In this document: positions 19,685 to 37,649 of the stretch, one piece after another
Layout of the letters: each line of letters opens with the position of its first letter
How positions within the stretch are numbered: the stretch's first letter is position 1
DNA from: Malikia sp.
GTDB lineage: Bacteria; Pseudomonadota; Gammaproteobacteria; Burkholderiales; Burkholderiaceae_C
DNA: 64,000 bases
Direction of reading: 5' to 3'
NCBI RefSeq assembly: GCF_028687635.1
Contig: NZ_JAQTZS010000005.1
Location: forward strand, 18,663 to 82,662
The notes under the pieces: generated by a model
The model's input: only the letters and a program-made list of their open reading frames with translations
The model's database searches: none
What the model was told of the DNA's origin: nothing
Program-made: the position numbers and the translations under genes

Positions 19685-20728
19685 TCAGTTTAACGCCAGC
19701 GCCGAGCGGGCCATGCCGGCCCAGGCCTCCTGGAGCAAGCCGGCGTTGTAGGGGTGCTCGACCGTGCGGGCCGCCTGTTGCAGCGCCTTGTGCCATGCCA
19801 GCAGCTTGTTCAGCCCGGGCGTGCGCGGCAGGTCGGCCTTTGCGAAGAAGCGCGGTTCGCCATGGCTGGCAACGACCATCAGGTCGTGACAGAGCTTTTG
19901 CAGCAGATCGAGTTGGCGTGGCGGTGCCCAATCGGCGATGGCTGACCAGTCACCGCGCGCGACGGACTGCGGCAACTGCCCCCAGCCCGAAGCTGGCAGC
20001 CCGAGCCGTGACAGCTCCAGGGCCTCGTCGGGACGACCGCCCGCGGCTTGCAACCAGGTGGCGAGCGCTTCGCGCGTGGGCGGCTTGCCGGCGAAGGTCT
20101 CGTCGCGCTGCACTGCCGTTTCCAGCCAGGCCAGTGCCTCTTGCTGCGCTGGCCATTCGAGCGCGTGCGCCTGGCAGCGACTGCGCAGGGTCGGCAACAG
20201 CGCATGCGCGGCTTCGGTCGCGAGCACGAAGCGCAAGGCACCCGGCGGTTCTTCCAGCGTCTTGAGCAGGGTGTTGGCCGATTCCATGTTGAGCCGGTCG
20301 GCAGGATAAACCAGTACCACCTTGGTGTCGCCACGCGAGCGGGTGAACTGGGTGAAGGCCACCGCCTCCCGGGCGGCGTCGACGCGGATGAACTTGCCGG
20401 GCTTGATTTCCTTCTTGTCGATCTTGTCCTGAGTGCGCTCGTCCAGTGGCCAGCCGAGCTCGATCGCCAAGGTTTCGGGCATTAGCACGAACAGGTCGGG
20501 ATGAGTCCGCACATCGACCGCGTGACAGCTGTCGCAGCGACCACAAGCGCCCTGCTCCGGACTCGGCGACTCGCACAGCCAGGCACGCGCCAGCGCCAGC
20601 GCCAGCGCGTACTGGCCCAGCCCGGGCGGGCCGCTCAAGAGGACGGCATGGCCGCGCTGCTGCCGCAGTGCGACCAACTGGCGCTGCAGCCAGGGCGACA
20701 GACGCAAGCCGTCGCTGGATTCGTTCAT
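19685..20728 (-). CDS. holB: DNA polymerase III delta' subunit
   Basis: The start is taken at MNESSDG (ATGA overlap with the tmk stop). The protein has an AAA+-like fold ([13 protein letters not shown]), a zinc module (CGRCDSCH) and LKTLEEPP. Confidence 0.88.
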   Translation of the reverse strand: MNESSDGLRLSPWLQRQLVALRQQRGHAVLLSGPPGLGQYALALALARAWLCESPSPEQGACGRCDSCHAVDVRTHPDLFVLMPETLAIELGWPLDERTQDKIDKKEIKPGKFIRVDAAREAVAFTQFTRSRGDTKVVLVYPADRLNMESANTLLKTLEEPPGALRFVLATEAAHALLPTLRSRCQAHALEWPAQQEALAWLETAVQRDETFAGKPPTREALATWLQAAGGRPDEALELSRLGLPASGWGQLPQSVARGDWSAIADWAPPRQLDLLQKLCHDLMVVASHGEPRFFAKADLPRTPGLNKLLAWHKALQQAARTVEHPYNAGLLQEAWAGMARSALALN

Positions 20729-21366
20729 GCCTGACCCCAACTGCGTTCACAATGCTGCAACACCTGTTCACGCACGGCGTCCAGGCTCAGGCTGGCATCG
20801 ATACGGGCGAAACGCTGTGGCGCCTGCACCATGCGCGCGGCGTAGCCACCAGCCACCCGACTGAAGAAGGGTTCGGCCTCGGATTCGAACTTGTCTGGCG
20901 TGCGAGCGCCCGCCAGACGGATCGCAGCGAGCGCTGGCGGCAGATCGAACCAGAAACAGAGCTCGGGCTCCAGCAGGCTATCCCGTCCAGGCAGCTGCTG
21001 CACCCATTGTTCCAGCTGCTGCAAGACCTGCAGATCGAAACCGCGGCCGTGGCCCTGGTAGGCGAAAGTCGCGTCGGTGAAGCGGTCGGAGATCACGACC
21101 TCGCCACGCGCGAGCCCCGGCATGATCACCTGCTGGATATGGTCGCGCCGGGCCGCGAACATCAGCAGCGCCTCGCTCAGCGGGTCCATGGCGTCATGCA
21201 GCAGCAGTTGGCGCAGCTTCTCCGCCAGCGGCGTGCCGCCAGGCTCGCGTGTCAGCGTGACCTGCCGGCCACGCGCGCGGAACCAGTCGGCCACCGCCGC
21301 AATATGGGTGGACTTGCCGGCACCGTCTATGCCTTCGAAACTGATGAACAAACCGGTTTTCTTCAT
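20725..21366 (-). CDS. tmk: thymidylate kinase
   Basis: The start is taken at [21 protein letters not shown] (P-loop). The longer ORF extension is rejected. Confidence 0.93.
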   Translation of the reverse strand: MKKTGLFISFEGIDGAGKSTHIAAVADWFRARGRQVTLTREPGGTPLAEKLRQLLLHDAMDPLSEALLMFAARRDHIQQVIMPGLARGEVVISDRFTDATFAYQGHGRGFDLQVLQQLEQWVQQLPGRDSLLEPELCFWFDLPPALAAIRLAGARTPDKFESEAEPFFSRVAGGYAARMVQAPQRFARIDASLSLDAVREQVLQHCERSWGQA

Positions 21367-21382
21367 GTGGGAGCCTTGGGAA

Positions 21383-22371
21383 TCAACGTGCCAGAATATA
21401 GCGGCGCACCGCGTGGTTGTGCTCGTCGAGCGTGGCGCTGAACTGGCTGCTGCCGTCACCGCGCGCAACGAAATAGAGTGCCTGGCTGGCGGCCGGGCGC
21501 AGCGCGGCGCGGATCGAGGCCAGACCGGGCATCGCGATCGGGGTGGGCGGCAGACCCGCGCGGGTATAGCTGTTGTACGGCGTATCGGTCAGCAAGTCGC
21601 GCTTGCGCAAATTGCCGTCGAACCCCGCCCCCAGGCCGTAGATCACGGTCGGGTCGGTCTGCAGCCTCATGCCCAGACGCAGGCGGTTGATGAAGACTGC
21701 CGCGATCAGGCCACGGTCCGCACTTGAACCCGTCTCCTTCTCGATCACGCTGGCCAGGATCAGCGCCTCCTCGGCTGACTTCAGTGGCAGGCCGGGTGCG
21801 CGCTCGTCCCAGGCCTGCTTGAGCTGGCGCTGCATCGCGGCCGCGGCCTGACGCAGCACGGCCGAAGCCTTGTCGTGCTTGGGATAGCGGTAGGTGTCGG
21901 GAAAGAAGCGGCCCTCGGGATGCGAGCGCGGCAGGCCCAGCGCGCGCATGAGATCGGCGGGCTGCTGCAACGCTGATTCAGGCAGGTCCCAGCGCAGCTG
22001 ATCGGCGCTCTTGAGCGCTTGCAGTACCTGGCGGTAGTTCCAGCCCTCGACCAGGGTGACGCGGCGCAGCGCCTGCTCGCCCCGCACCAGCCGGTCGAGC
22101 AACTGCAGCGGCGTCATGCCCATCGGGATTTCGTAACCGCCGGCCTGGACCTGGCGCGACTGCCCAGACAGGCGCAGCCAGCCATAGAGCAGCCAGGATG
22201 GGGTACGTACCCCCGCATCATGCATCTGCTGGGCGACCTGACGCGCCGAAGAGCCGGTGGGAATAGTGAGATCCAGCGGTGCCGATCCGGCGCCAGCCAG
22301 ATCCAGCGGCTGGTGCAGCCACCAGGCGGCACCAACCACTGCCAGCACGGCGGCGGCCAGCAGCCTGGTCA
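21383..22371 (-). CDS. mltG: endolytic murein transglycosylase MltG (YceG family)
   Basis: Only the C-terminal roughly 329 aa of the 691-aa ORF look like protein. [19 protein letters not shown] is a TM anchor. It is followed by [20 protein letters not shown] and [21 protein letters not shown] 22414 is an alternative start. Confidence 0.88.
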
Positions 22372-22486
22372 TGACCGGAATCCACCTATTTTTCACTCGA
22401 TGCTGCACAACCATCCGGCCTTTGGGAAAATCGAAGCCCGCAATGATATTCGACCGCCATGCAGGCGGCCCACGGACACTGCCACC

Positions 22487-23467
22487 ATGAGCGCCATCCC
22501 TACTTCCAACCCAATGCCCGCAGCCACCACGACGGCCCCTTTGTTTGACGGCACCAGCGTGCACGGTCTCGCCCGTCTGGAGCACTGGGGCGTGATCCGT
22601 GCCCAGGGCGCCGATGCGGCATCCTTCCTGCATGGTCAGCTGACGCAGGACTTCGCGCTGCTGGATCAGTCCGAGGCGCGGCTGGCGGGCTACTGCTCGG
22701 CCAAGGGCCGCATGCTGGCCAGTTTCATTGGCTGGAAAACCGGTCCCGAGGAGGTACTGCTGGTCTGCAACCGCGACCTGCTCGCGCCCACGCTCAAGCG
22801 CCTGTCGATGTTCGTCATGCGCGCCAAGGTCAAGCTCAGCGACGCCTCGGCCGAGTTCACCCTCTACGGCGCGGCCGGTGCAGCCTTGCCTGCCGAATTG
22901 CCCGTTACGCATTGGAGCCGGCTGGAAGTTGCATCCGGCAGCTGGGTCCGCCTGCCGGCGGCCGAAGGCGTGGCGCGCGCCCTGCTCTGCCTGCCAGCCC
23001 AACAGACCCAGTCCGATGCGCTGCCTGGCGCCGATCTGGCGCCTGCACTCTGGCAATGGCTGGAGGTGCGCAGCGGCATCGCCATGGTCAGCGCGCCCGT
23101 GATCGAGGAATTCGTGCCGCAGATGCTCAACTACGAGTCGGTCGGTGGCGTCAACTTCAAGAAGGGTTGCTACCCGGGCCAGGAGGTGGTCGCGCGCAGC
23201 CAGTACCGGGGCGCGCTCAAGCGCCGCGCGCAGGTTTTCCATGCCGAGGCCGAGCTGGTCGTGGGACAGGAAGTTTTCCATGCGGCCGATGCCGAACAGC
23301 CCTGTGGTACCGTCGCAGCGGTGGCACCGCACCCGGTGCGAGGTTGGGATGCGATCGTCTCGCTGCAGACCAGCGCGCTCGATGGCCAGGCCTTGACCGT
23401 CGGTGGTCCGGACGGCAGCGCGCTGCAGCTGTTGCCCCTGCCCTACGAGCTGCTGCAAGACATCTGA
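22487..23467 (+). CDS. ygfZ: folate-binding Fe-S cluster repair / tRNA-modification protein YgfZ
   Basis: The start is at MSAIPTS (ATG 22487). The protein has a GcvT-like fold and the signature FKKGCYPGQEVVARSQYRG. Confidence 0.88.
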   Translation: MSAIPTSNPMPAATTTAPLFDGTSVHGLARLEHWGVIRAQGADAASFLHGQLTQDFALLDQSEARLAGYCSAKGRMLASFIGWKTGPEEVLLVCNRDLLAPTLKRLSMFVMRAKVKLSDASAEFTLYGAAGAALPAELPVTHWSRLEVASGSWVRLPAAEGVARALLCLPAQQTQSDALPGADLAPALWQWLEVRSGIAMVSAPVIEEFVPQMLNYESVGGVNFKKGCYPGQEVVARSQYRGALKRRAQVFHAEAELVVGQEVFHAADAEQPCGTVAAVAPHPVRGWDAIVSLQTSALDGQALTVGGPDGSALQLLPLPYELLQDI

Positions 23468-23555
23468 AGTCAGCCCGCTGGCCAGCTGAGCCTGAAACTG
23501 AGAAAATATCCGGTTCGCTACCCGATCCGGCAGCTCTGCCGCTTATTTCCTCCTT

Positions 23556-25541
23556 ATGCTACCTCACCAGCTGGAACTCCTGTCCCCCGCGCGCGACGCC
23601 GATATCGGCATCGAGGCCGTCAACCACGGCGCCGACGCCATCTACATCGGCGGACCGTCGTTCGGCGCCCGCGCCAGCGCCGAGAACTCGTCGCAGGACA
23701 TCGCAAGGCTGGTCAAGCATGCGCACCGCTACCAGAGCCGGGTCTTTGTCACGCTAAACACCATCTTGCGCGATGATGAGCTCGAACCCGCGCGCCGGCT
23801 GATTCACCAGCTGTATGACGCCGGCGCCGACGCGCTGATCATCCAGGACATGGGGCTGCTTGAGCTCGACTTGCCGCCGATCCAGCTGCACGCGAGCACC
23901 CAGACCGACATCCGCACACCGGAAAAAGCCCGCTTCCTGCAGGACGCGGGTCTGAGCCAGATCGTGCTGGCGCGCGAACTCACGCTGGCGCAGATCGCCG
24001 CCATCCGCGCCGCGACCGATCCCGAGCGCTGCAACATCGAGTTCTTCGTCCATGGCGCCCTTTGCGTGGCCTACAGCGGCCAGTGCTACATCAGCCACGC
24101 GCACACCGGGCGCAGCGCCAACCGCGGTGACTGCTCGCAGGCCTGCCGCCTGCCCTACGAGGTCAAGGACGCCCAGGGCCGCATCATCGCGCACGACAAG
24201 CATGTGCTGTCGATGAAGGACAACAACCAGAGCGAGAACCTGGCCGCGCTGATCGACGCCGGCGTGCGCAGCTTCAAGATCGAGGGCCGCTACAAGGACA
24301 TGGGCTATGTGAAGAACATCACGGCCCACTACCGGCTGTTGCTCGACGGGATCCTGGAGCAGCGCCCGGAGCTCGCGCGTGCCTCCAGCGGCGAATGCAC
24401 CTTCTTCTTCCAACCCGACCCGGACCAGAACTTCAACCGCGAGTTCACCGACTACTTCGTGCAGGGTCGCAAGGAGGACATCGGCGCCTTCGACAGCCCG
24501 AAGAACCCGGGTCAGGCGATCGGTTGGGTCAGCAAGGTCAATGCCGACAGCGTCGAGATCGAGCTCAGCGACCCCGGCCTGGAGCTGGCCAATGGCGACG
24601 GCCTGTGCTACTACGACCTGCAAAAGGAGCTGGTGGGCCTGCAGACCAACCGGGTCGAGAAGCTCGGCAAGGGCGCGGAAGGCGGCCGGATCTGGCGCAT
24701 TTTCCCGAAGGATCCGATGGACGGCTTCAAGGACCTGCGCAAGGGCGTCGAGGTCAATCGCAACCGCAGCATGGACTGGGTGCGCGGGCTGGAAAAGAAG
24801 TCGTCCGAGCGCAGGATCGGCGCCTGGATCAGGCTGCAGGAGACCGATGGCGGCCTCAAGCTGAGCCTGACCGACGAGGATGGCCATTGCGGCGAGGCCA
24901 ACATCGCGCTGGAGCGGCAAAGCCCCAGGGACCCGTCACAGGCCGAGGCCAAGCTGCGCGAACAGCTGGCGCGCCTGGGCGACACCCTCTTTACGCCGTT
25001 GGACATTGCGATCGAGCTGTCGGCTCCGAGGTTCGTGCCGGCGTCCACGCTCAACGCGCTGCGCCGCGACGCGGTGGCGCGGCTCGAAGTGGCGCGTGAA
25101 CAGAGCCTGCAGCGCCTGCCGCGCGCCCAGCCGGTCGAGCCGCCCGTGCCCTACCCCGAGGACCATCTGACCTACCTGGCCAACGTCTACAACCACAAGG
25201 CACGCGATTTCTACGCCCGCCACGGCGTGAAGGTGATCGCCGCCGCCTACGAGAGCCAGCAGGAGGAAGGCGAGGTCAGCCTGATGATCACCAAGCACTG
25301 CGTGCGCTTCAGCTTGAGCCTGTGCCCGAAACAGGCCAAGGGCGTGACCGGCGTGCAGGGTCAGGTCCGGGCCGAGCCGCTGCAGCTGATCAACGGCAAG
25401 GAAAAGCTCACGCTGCGCTTCGACTGCAAGCCCTGCGAGATGCATGTGGTCGGCAAGATCAAGCGCAGCGTGATCAACCAGGCGGCGGCCGTGCCGATGC
25501 AGTTTTACCGCAACCGGCCCAAGACCCAGCAGCCGGCCTGA
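23556..25541 (+). CDS. rlhA: U32-family protein, RlhA/YdcP-like (23S rRNA 5-hydroxycytidine synthase family)
   Basis: 661 aa. It is near-colinear with E. coli YdcP as I remember it (LELLSPARD, FVHGALCVAYSGQCYISHAHTGRSANRGDCSQACRLPY, SFKIEGRYKDMGYVKNITAHYR, ITKHCVRFSLSLCPKQAKG, FDCKPCEMHV). Confidence 0.82.
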   Translation: MLPHQLELLSPARDADIGIEAVNHGADAIYIGGPSFGARASAENSSQDIARLVKHAHRYQSRVFVTLNTILRDDELEPARRLIHQLYDAGADALIIQDMGLLELDLPPIQLHASTQTDIRTPEKARFLQDAGLSQIVLARELTLAQIAAIRAATDPERCNIEFFVHGALCVAYSGQCYISHAHTGRSANRGDCSQACRLPYEVKDAQGRIIAHDKHVLSMKDNNQSENLAALIDAGVRSFKIEGRYKDMGYVKNITAHYRLLLDGILEQRPELARASSGECTFFFQPDPDQNFNREFTDYFVQGRKEDIGAFDSPKNPGQAIGWVSKVNADSVEIELSDPGLELANGDGLCYYDLQKELVGLQTNRVEKLGKGAEGGRIWRIFPKDPMDGFKDLRKGVEVNRNRSMDWVRGLEKKSSERRIGAWIRLQETDGGLKLSLTDEDGHCGEANIALERQSPRDPSQAEAKLREQLARLGDTLFTPLDIAIELSAPRFVPASTLNALRRDAVARLEVAREQSLQRLPRAQPVEPPVPYPEDHLTYLANVYNHKARDFYARHGVKVIAAAYESQQEEGEVSLMITKHCVRFSLSLCPKQAKGVTGVQGQVRAEPLQLINGKEKLTLRFDCKPCEMHVVGKIKRSVINQAAAVPMQFYRNRPKTQQPA

Positions 25542-26090
25542 TCAGATGTAGAACTGGAACGCAGTCGGGTTCTGGTGGCGCATGTGCATCGACATGCCGA
25601 GCGCGGCCATGTGGTCGCCATTGCGGCCCAGGATCAGCTGCGCCAGCGGCAGGTATTCCCGCTCCTCGAACTGCGCGTGGGCGCGGTACTGGGTGACCAG
25701 GCGTTGGATCTGAACGACATCGACATCAGTGAACTGGCCCTTGACGACTTTCTTGAGGCCGGACTCCAGCCCCTTCCAGATCCTTTCCAGCTCGCGGTGC
25801 TCGTCGGTCAGTCGCTTGTTCATGGCCTGGACCTTGGCGCGCTCCGCATCGTCGAGTGCGCTCTCAAGCACGGCCGGGAACAGCTCGCGCTCCTCGTCGA
25901 GGTGGTGCTCGAAGATCGCTTCGCGGAAGAACTCCAGCGATTTCTCGGCCACTTCACGCGCACGCTGTGCCGGCTCGATCAGCATCGGCAGTTCGCCCAG
26001 CATGTCAAGTTTCTTGAAGATGCCGTCGTGGCATTGCGAGAAGTCGGCAATCGGTTCGCTCTGGCCGGTCGAATTCTGGGTCTGGGACAT
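25542..26090 (-). CDS. hemerythrin-like metal-binding domain protein
   Basis: 182 aa with HHE-type motifs (CHDGIF, FEHHLDEERELFP, EHRELE, HAQFEEREYLP). It is convergent with rlhA and there is no spacer between them. Confidence 0.8.
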   Translation of the reverse strand: MSQTQNSTGQSEPIADFSQCHDGIFKKLDMLGELPMLIEPAQRAREVAEKSLEFFREAIFEHHLDEERELFPAVLESALDDAERAKVQAMNKRLTDEHRELERIWKGLESGLKKVVKGQFTDVDVVQIQRLVTQYRAHAQFEEREYLPLAQLILGRNGDHMAALGMSMHMRHQNPTAFQFYI

Positions 26091-26203
26091 GGTGGCTCCT
26101 CTGTGGAAAAAAGATGCTTGCGCGATTCAGTTTACTAGTCTGGTCAAGCAATTGATCAGTGCACAAACCGTCCGTGCAACTTGCTTGATCCAGGTCAAGT
26201 CGT

Positions 26204-26231
26204 GAAAAAGCCGACACGCGGCCGGCTTTTT
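26204..26231 (-). terminator. rho-independent terminator after purL
   Basis: The sequence aaaaagccg-acacgcggc-cggcttttt forms a GC stem with flanking A and T runs. It lies 20 nt downstream of the purL stop on the minus strand. Confidence 0.75.
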
Positions 26232-26251
26232 CCAGGTTGGCAAGAGAAGGA

Positions 26252-29200
26252 TCAACCCACCCACTTGCGCGCGTTGCGCCAGATCTTCATCCAGGGGCTG
26301 AAGGCATCCTGGCCACCGCTCTTGGCGTAATCGGTCCAGCTCATCTGGATGTTGCGGAACACCCGCTCGGGGTGCGGCATCATCGCGGTGAAGCGGCCGT
26401 CGGCGGTGGTCACGCTGGTCAGGCCGCCAGCACTGCCGTTCGGGTTGAACGGGTACTGCTCGGTCGCGGCGCCGAAGTTGTCGACGTAGCGCATCGCGGC
26501 GATCGCCTTGGCTGCATTGCCACGGTGCTTGAAGTTGGCGTAGCCCTCGCCATGCGCGACGGCGATCGGCAGCCGGCTGCCGGCCATGCCCTGCAGGAAC
26601 AGGCTGGGCGACTCCAGCACCTCGACCATCGACAGGCGGGCCTCGAAGCGCTCGCTCTGGTTGGTCGTGAAGCGCGGCCAGGCCTCGGCGCCCGGGATGA
26701 TGTCGGCCAGCTCGGCGAACATCTGGCAGCCGTTGCACACGCCCAGGCCGAAGGTGTCGGCGCGGCCGAAGAAGCCTTGGAACTGCTCGGACAGCACCTT
26801 GTTGAAGGTGATCGAACGCGCCCAGCCGATGCCGGCACCCAGGGTGTCGCCATAGCTGAAACCGCCGCAGGCCACCACGCCCTTGAAGTCCGACAGCTTG
26901 GCGCGGCCGGTCTGCAAGTCGGTCATGTGCACGTCATAGGCCTCGAAACCGGCCTCGGTGAAGGCATAGGCCATCTCGACATGCGAGTTCACGCCCTGCT
27001 CGCGCAGGATCGCGACCTTGGGCCGGCTCAGGTTCAGGAACGGCGCGGCGACGTTTTCCGACGGATCGAAGGTCAGCGCGACATGCAGGCCCGGGTCGTT
27101 CGCTGCGCCAGCGGCAGCGTGCTCGGAGTCGGCGCAGGCCGGATTGTCGCGCTGCTGGTTGATCTTCCAGCTCACGCTGTCCCACACCTGATGCAGGTCG
27201 GACAGGCTGGCGCTGAAGATGGCCTTGGCATCGCGCCAGACCTGCAGCTGGCCCTTGCCGGCATCGATCTCGGACGACAACGGACGGGTCTTGCCGACAT
27301 AGTGGCTGTGCTTGGACAGACCATGGGCGCGCAGCACCGCCATCACGGCGTCGCGCTCACTGGTACGGACCTGCAGCAGCACGCCCAGTTCCTCGTTGAA
27401 CAACGCCTTCAGCGTGAGCTCGTTGCGGCGCTCGGCCACCTGGCTGGCCCAGTTCTTGGCGTCGCCGCTGTCCATGCGGCTGTCGCTGATGCCATCGCCC
27501 TCGGTGACCAGCAGATCGACATTGAGCGCGACGCCCACATGGCCGGCGAAAGCCATCTCGGCCGCCGCCGCCAGCAGGCCGCCATCGCTGCGGTCGTGGT
27601 AGGCCAGGATCTTGCCGTCGGCGCGCAAGGCGTTGACCGCGTTGACCAGATGCGACAGCGCGAAGTGGTCGTCGAGATCGGGCACCGCGCCGCCGGGCTG
27701 GTCCAGGGTCTGGGCCAGGATCGAGCCGCCCATGCGATTCTGGCCGCGACCCAGGTCGATCAGCACCAGCGTGGTGTCCTCCTCGGCGTCGAGCTGCGGC
27801 GTCAAGGTGCCACGCACATCGGGCAGGGTCGCGAAGGCCGAGATGATCAGGCTGACCGGGGAAGTCACCTTGCGGGTCTCCCGCTTGACCTCGTCCGGTT
27901 TTTCGCCAGCGACTTCGACCTGCCACTGGGTACGCATCGACAGGCTGTCCTTGCCGACCGGAATGCTGATGCCCAGGTCGGGACAGAGTTCCATGCCCAC
28001 GGTCTTGACGGTCTCGTACAGCGCGGCATCCTCGCCGGACTCGCCGCAGGCGGCCATCCAGTTGGCCGACAGCTTGACGCGCGACAGCTCGATCGGTGCG
28101 GCCAGCAGGTTGGTGATGGCCTCGGCCACGGCCATGCGGCCCGAGGCCGGCGCGTCAATCGCGGCCAGCGGGGTGCGCTCGCCCATGGACATCGCTTCGC
28201 CGGCGAAGCCCTTGTAGTCGGCCAGCGTCACGGCGCAATCGGCCACCGGCACCTGCCAGGGACCGACCATCTGGTCGCGGTGACTCAGACCGCCCACGGC
28301 GCGGTCACCGATCGTGATCAGGAAGCGCTTGGAGGCCACGGTCGGATGACTCAGCACCTTGATCACGGTTTTTTGCAGGTCCACCCCGGTGAGGTCGATC
28401 GGCTTGAATTCGCGCTTGACGGTCTGAACGTCACGCTGCATCTTGGGCGGCTTGCCCAGCAGCACGTCCATCGGCATGTCGACCGGGCTCTCGGCGCCCT
28501 TGTCTTCCAGCACCAGCTGGCGCTCCTCTGTCGCGACGCCTACCACCGCGAACGGGCAGCGCTCGCGCTCGCAGAAGGCCTGGAACTGCGCCAGCGAATC
28601 GGGGGCGATCGCCAGCACGTAGCGTTCCTGGCTCTCGTTGGACCAGATCTCCTTGGGGGCCAGGCCAGACTCCTCCAGCGGCACGGCGCGCAGATCGAAA
28701 CGGGCGCCGCGGCCGGCGTCGTTGGTCAGCTCGGGGAAGGCGTTCGAAATGCCGCCGGCACCGACGTCATGGATCGCCAGGATCGGGTTGGCCTCGCCTT
28801 GCTGCCAGCAATGGTTGATCACCTCCTGGGCGCGGCGCTCGATCTCGGGGTTGCCACGCTGTACCGAGTCGAAGTCGAGTTCGGCCGCGTTGGTGCCGGT
28901 CGCCATCGAGCTGGCGGCGCCGCCGCCCATGCCGATGCGCATGCCAGGGCCGCCGAGCTGGATCAGCAGCGTGCCGGCCGGGAACAGGATCTTCTGGGTC
29001 TGGCTGGCGTCGATGCCGCCCAGGCCACCGGCGATCATGATCGGCTTGTGGTAGCCGCGGTCGATGCTATCGACATCGGACTGGATGGTCTGCTCGTATT
29101 CGCGGAAATAGCCGACCAGGTTGGGGCGGCCGAACTCGTTGTTGAACGCGGCGCCACCCAGCGGCCCCTCGGTCATGATCTGCAGCGGGCTGGCGATATG

Positions 29201-30295
29201 CTCGGGCTTGCCATCGGCCCGGTCGGACCAGCCACCCCAGAGCTTGGAAACCGTGAAGCCCGTCATGCCAGCCTTGGGCTTGGAGCCGCGGCCCGTCGCG
29301 CCCTCGTCACGGATCTCGCCACCGGCGCCGGTCGAGGCGCCCGGGAAAGGCGAAATCGCGGTCGGGTGGTTGTGCGTCTCGACCTTCATCAGCACATGCT
29401 GCAGCGCCTCCTGCTTGCCATAGGCCGGGCTGGCGGCGCTGCCGTTGACCCTGGCGACGAAGCGCTCGATCCGGTTGCCTTCCATCACGGAGGCATTGTC
29501 CGAGTACGCGACCACCGTGTGCTGCGGCGCGAGCTGGTGCGTGTTGCGGATCATCGCGAACAGGCTCTTGTCCTGTGCCACGCCGTCGATGGTGAATTCG
29601 GCGTTGAAGATCTTGTGGCGGCAATGCTCGCTGTTGGCCTGCGCGAACATCATCAGCTCGACATCGGTCGGGTTGCGGCCGAGCTGCTGGAAGGCATTGA
29701 CCAGATACTCGATCTCGTCATCGGCCAGTGCCAGGCCCCAGCCGCGGTTGGCCTGCTCCAGCGCGGCGCGACCACCACCCAGGATGTCGACATGCTCCAT
29801 CGGCGCGGGTTCGAGCTCGCCGAACAGCGAGAAGGCCTCCTGGCGGCTGGCGACGGAGCTCTCGGTCATGCGGTCGTGCAGCAGGGCCGCGACCTGGCCC
29901 AGCTGCTCGGCGCTCAGCGAGCCCTTGGACAGCAGGCTGGACTTGAGCGTGATGCGGTACTCGGTGATGCGTTCGACCCGCTTGACCGCAAAGCCGCAGT
30001 TGCGCGCGATGTCGGTGGCCTTGGAGGCCCAGGGCGAGACGGTGCCGATACGCGGCGTCACCACGACCAGGGCGCCAGCCTTCTCACCCGCATAGGGCTC
30101 GCCATAGGTCAGCAAGGCTTGCCATTGCTGTCGTTGCGTGGCCGACAGCGGCGCCAGCGTGTCGACCAGGTGCACGAAACGGGCCGAGATGCCGGTGATC
30201 TTGTCGCTGACGGTTTGCAGACGGGGCAGGAGTTGCTGGGCGCGGAAATTGCCGAGGGCGTCGCCGCCCTCGATCGGGGTGATGTACTGGGTCAC
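26252..30295 (-). CDS. purL: phosphoribosylformylglycinamidine synthase (large single-chain form)
   Basis: 1347 aa with FGAM synthetase domains and a C-terminal glutaminase ([12 protein letters not shown]). Confidence 0.97.
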   Translation of the reverse strand: MTQYITPIEGGDALGNFRAQQLLPRLQTVSDKITGISARFVHLVDTLAPLSATQRQQWQALLTYGEPYAGEKAGALVVVTPRIGTVSPWASKATDIARNCGFAVKRVERITEYRITLKSSLLSKGSLSAEQLGQVAALLHDRMTESSVASRQEAFSLFGELEPAPMEHVDILGGGRAALEQANRGWGLALADDEIEYLVNAFQQLGRNPTDVELMMFAQANSEHCRHKIFNAEFTIDGVAQDKSLFAMIRNTHQLAPQHTVVAYSDNASVMEGNRIERFVARVNGSAASPAYGKQEALQHVLMKVETHNHPTAISPFPGASTGAGGEIRDEGATGRGSKPKAGMTGFTVSKLWGGWSDRADGKPEHIASPLQIMTEGPLGGAAFNNEFGRPNLVGYFREYEQTIQSDVDSIDRGYHKPIMIAGGLGGIDASQTQKILFPAGTLLIQLGGPGMRIGMGGGAASSMATGTNAAELDFDSVQRGNPEIERRAQEVINHCWQQGEANPILAIHDVGAGGISNAFPELTNDAGRGARFDLRAVPLEESGLAPKEIWSNESQERYVLAIAPDSLAQFQAFCERERCPFAVVGVATEERQLVLEDKGAESPVDMPMDVLLGKPPKMQRDVQTVKREFKPIDLTGVDLQKTVIKVLSHPTVASKRFLITIGDRAVGGLSHRDQMVGPWQVPVADCAVTLADYKGFAGEAMSMGERTPLAAIDAPASGRMAVAEAITNLLAAPIELSRVKLSANWMAACGESGEDAALYETVKTVGMELCPDLGISIPVGKDSLSMRTQWQVEVAGEKPDEVKRETRKVTSPVSLIISAFATLPDVRGTLTPQLDAEEDTTLVLIDLGRGQNRMGGSILAQTLDQPGGAVPDLDDHFALSHLVNAVNALRADGKILAYHDRSDGGLLAAAAEMAFAGHVGVALNVDLLVTEGDGISDSRMDSGDAKNWASQVAERRNELTLKALFNEELGVLLQVRTSERDAVMAVLRAHGLSKHSHYVGKTRPLSSEIDAGKGQLQVWRDAKAIFSASLSDLHQVWDSVSWKINQQRDNPACADSEHAAAGAANDPGLHVALTFDPSENVAAPFLNLSRPKVAILREQGVNSHVEMAYAFTEAGFEAYDVHMTDLQTGRAKLSDFKGVVACGGFSYGDTLGAGIGWARSITFNKVLSEQFQGFFGRADTFGLGVCNGCQMFAELADIIPGAEAWPRFTTNQSERFEARLSMVEVLESPSLFLQGMAGSRLPIAVAHGEGYANFKHRGNAAKAIAAMRYVDNFGAATEQYPFNPNGSAGGLTSVTTADGRFTAMMPHPERVFRNIQMSWTDYAKSGGQDAFSPWMKIWRNARKWVG

Positions 30296-30338
30296 TTGGT
30301 GGCCTGGAGTGGGAGAAAGAGCCGGAATTTTACCGCCC

Positions 30339-31160
30339 CTAGAGAAGGGCTCGCAATTCGCGCGCCGCCTCCTGCAACAGGGGCAGCAGTTCGCGCTGGA
30401 TTGCTCCCCTGGCCAGCCGCGCTGGCGTCAGCACGGCATTGAGCGCGCCCACGGTTTTTCCTTCCAGATTGCGCAGCGGAACCGCGACCGCGTGCACGCC
30501 GAGTTCATGCTCCTCGCTGGCGATGCAATAGTCCTGTCGCCTGACCTGGGCCAGGATCTCGCACAGCAGCCGGGGTTCGGTCACGGTATGGGGCGTCAAG
30601 CGCGCCAGGACCCTGCCCTCCAGCCAGGCTGACAGTTCGGGCTCGGGCAGCGAGGCCAGCAGCACGCGGCCGGTCGAGCTGGCGTGTGCCGGCAGCCGCG
30701 CCCCCAGATGCATGCCATAGGCCATCAGGCGGTTGCCCGAGGGCGACGACTGCCCGAGGGCGAGCGAGCTGCCATCCCAGTCTCCCATGAACTGGGCGGC
30801 GACGCTGCGCGCCACGATCACGACCGCATCGCCTTCCAGCACCGCGACCGAATAGGCATCGCGCGTCTGCGCCGCCAGCCGGTTCAACGTCGGCTGGGCC
30901 GTGCGCGGCAGCCTGGCGCTGGCCAGGTAGCTGCCGGAAAAGCGCAGCACCTTGGCCGACAGCCAGAAATGGCTGCCATCGCTCTCCAGATAGCCCAGGT
31001 GCGCGAGCGTGAGCAGGTGACGGCGCGCGGCCGCGCGGGTCAGGCCGGCCCGCTGAGCCGCCTGGGTCGCGTTGAGGCGCTGGCGCTCGGTGTCGAAGCT
31101 TTCCAGCACCGCCAGACCCTTGGCCATGCCCTCGATGAAGTCGGCACGTGCGATGTTCAA
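30339..31160 (-). CDS. pobR: IclR-family transcriptional regulator (PobR/PcaR-like)
   Basis: Only the last roughly 273 aa of the 830-aa ORF are protein-like. A TTG start at 31160 is preceded by [22 protein letters not shown] is the typical IclR N-terminus. The gene is divergent from pobA. Confidence 0.82.
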   Translation of the reverse strand: MNIARADFIEGMAKGLAVLESFDTERQRLNATQAAQRAGLTRAAARRHLLTLAHLGYLESDGSHFWLSAKVLRFSGSYLASARLPRTAQPTLNRLAAQTRDAYSVAVLEGDAVVIVARSVAAQFMGDWDGSSLALGQSSPSGNRLMAYGMHLGARLPAHASSTGRVLLASLPEPELSAWLEGRVLARLTPHTVTEPRLLCEILAQVRRQDYCIASEEHELGVHAVAVPLRNLEGKTVGALNAVLTPARLARGAIQRELLPLLQEAARELRALL

Positions 31161-31182
31161 ATCAGCCTCCGGTCCTTGATGA

Positions 31183-35019
<3,837 letters not shown>

Positions 35020-35133
35020 GTCCTGCGTTGGCCGGGGATGGCGCCAGAATATGCGCTTGCGCTGCGCTCAGGTCAAGCCAGAGCTGGTCTGCGCGCTTTC
35101 ATGCCCCGGGCATGCTGGGCAGAGAAGGTCTGA

Positions 35134-37569
<2,436 letters not shown>

Positions 37570-37649
37570 GGCGGGCCTGGGTCCGGGACAACCCGCCATT
37601 GTAGGTTTTCAGGGGAAAACCTGTTTTCCTCGTGGTCTTGCGCGGTGCT

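Noticed and set aside
21383-23458. 691-aa minus-strand ORF suggesting a much longer MltG.
   Set aside because: The N-terminal roughly 360 aa are antisense to ygfZ and have no protein-like features. MltG begins at its TM anchor (start 22371 or 22414).
26237-30442. 1401-aa plus-strand ORF opposite purL. Similar very long antisense ORFs are 167-1783, 1854-4613, 6209-7471, 8757-11033, 35215-36690, 39079-41364, 41494-43626, 43738-46311 and 53956-55866.
   Set aside because: These are shadow ORFs, typical of high-GC DNA. Their translations are low-complexity Arg/Ala/Gly/Leu/Asp/Gln/His-rich strings with no motifs. The opposite strand in each case encodes a clearly recognisable protein (PurL, MCP, UvrB, IscS, HscA, YgiQ, ABC, CphA', CphA, IorB).
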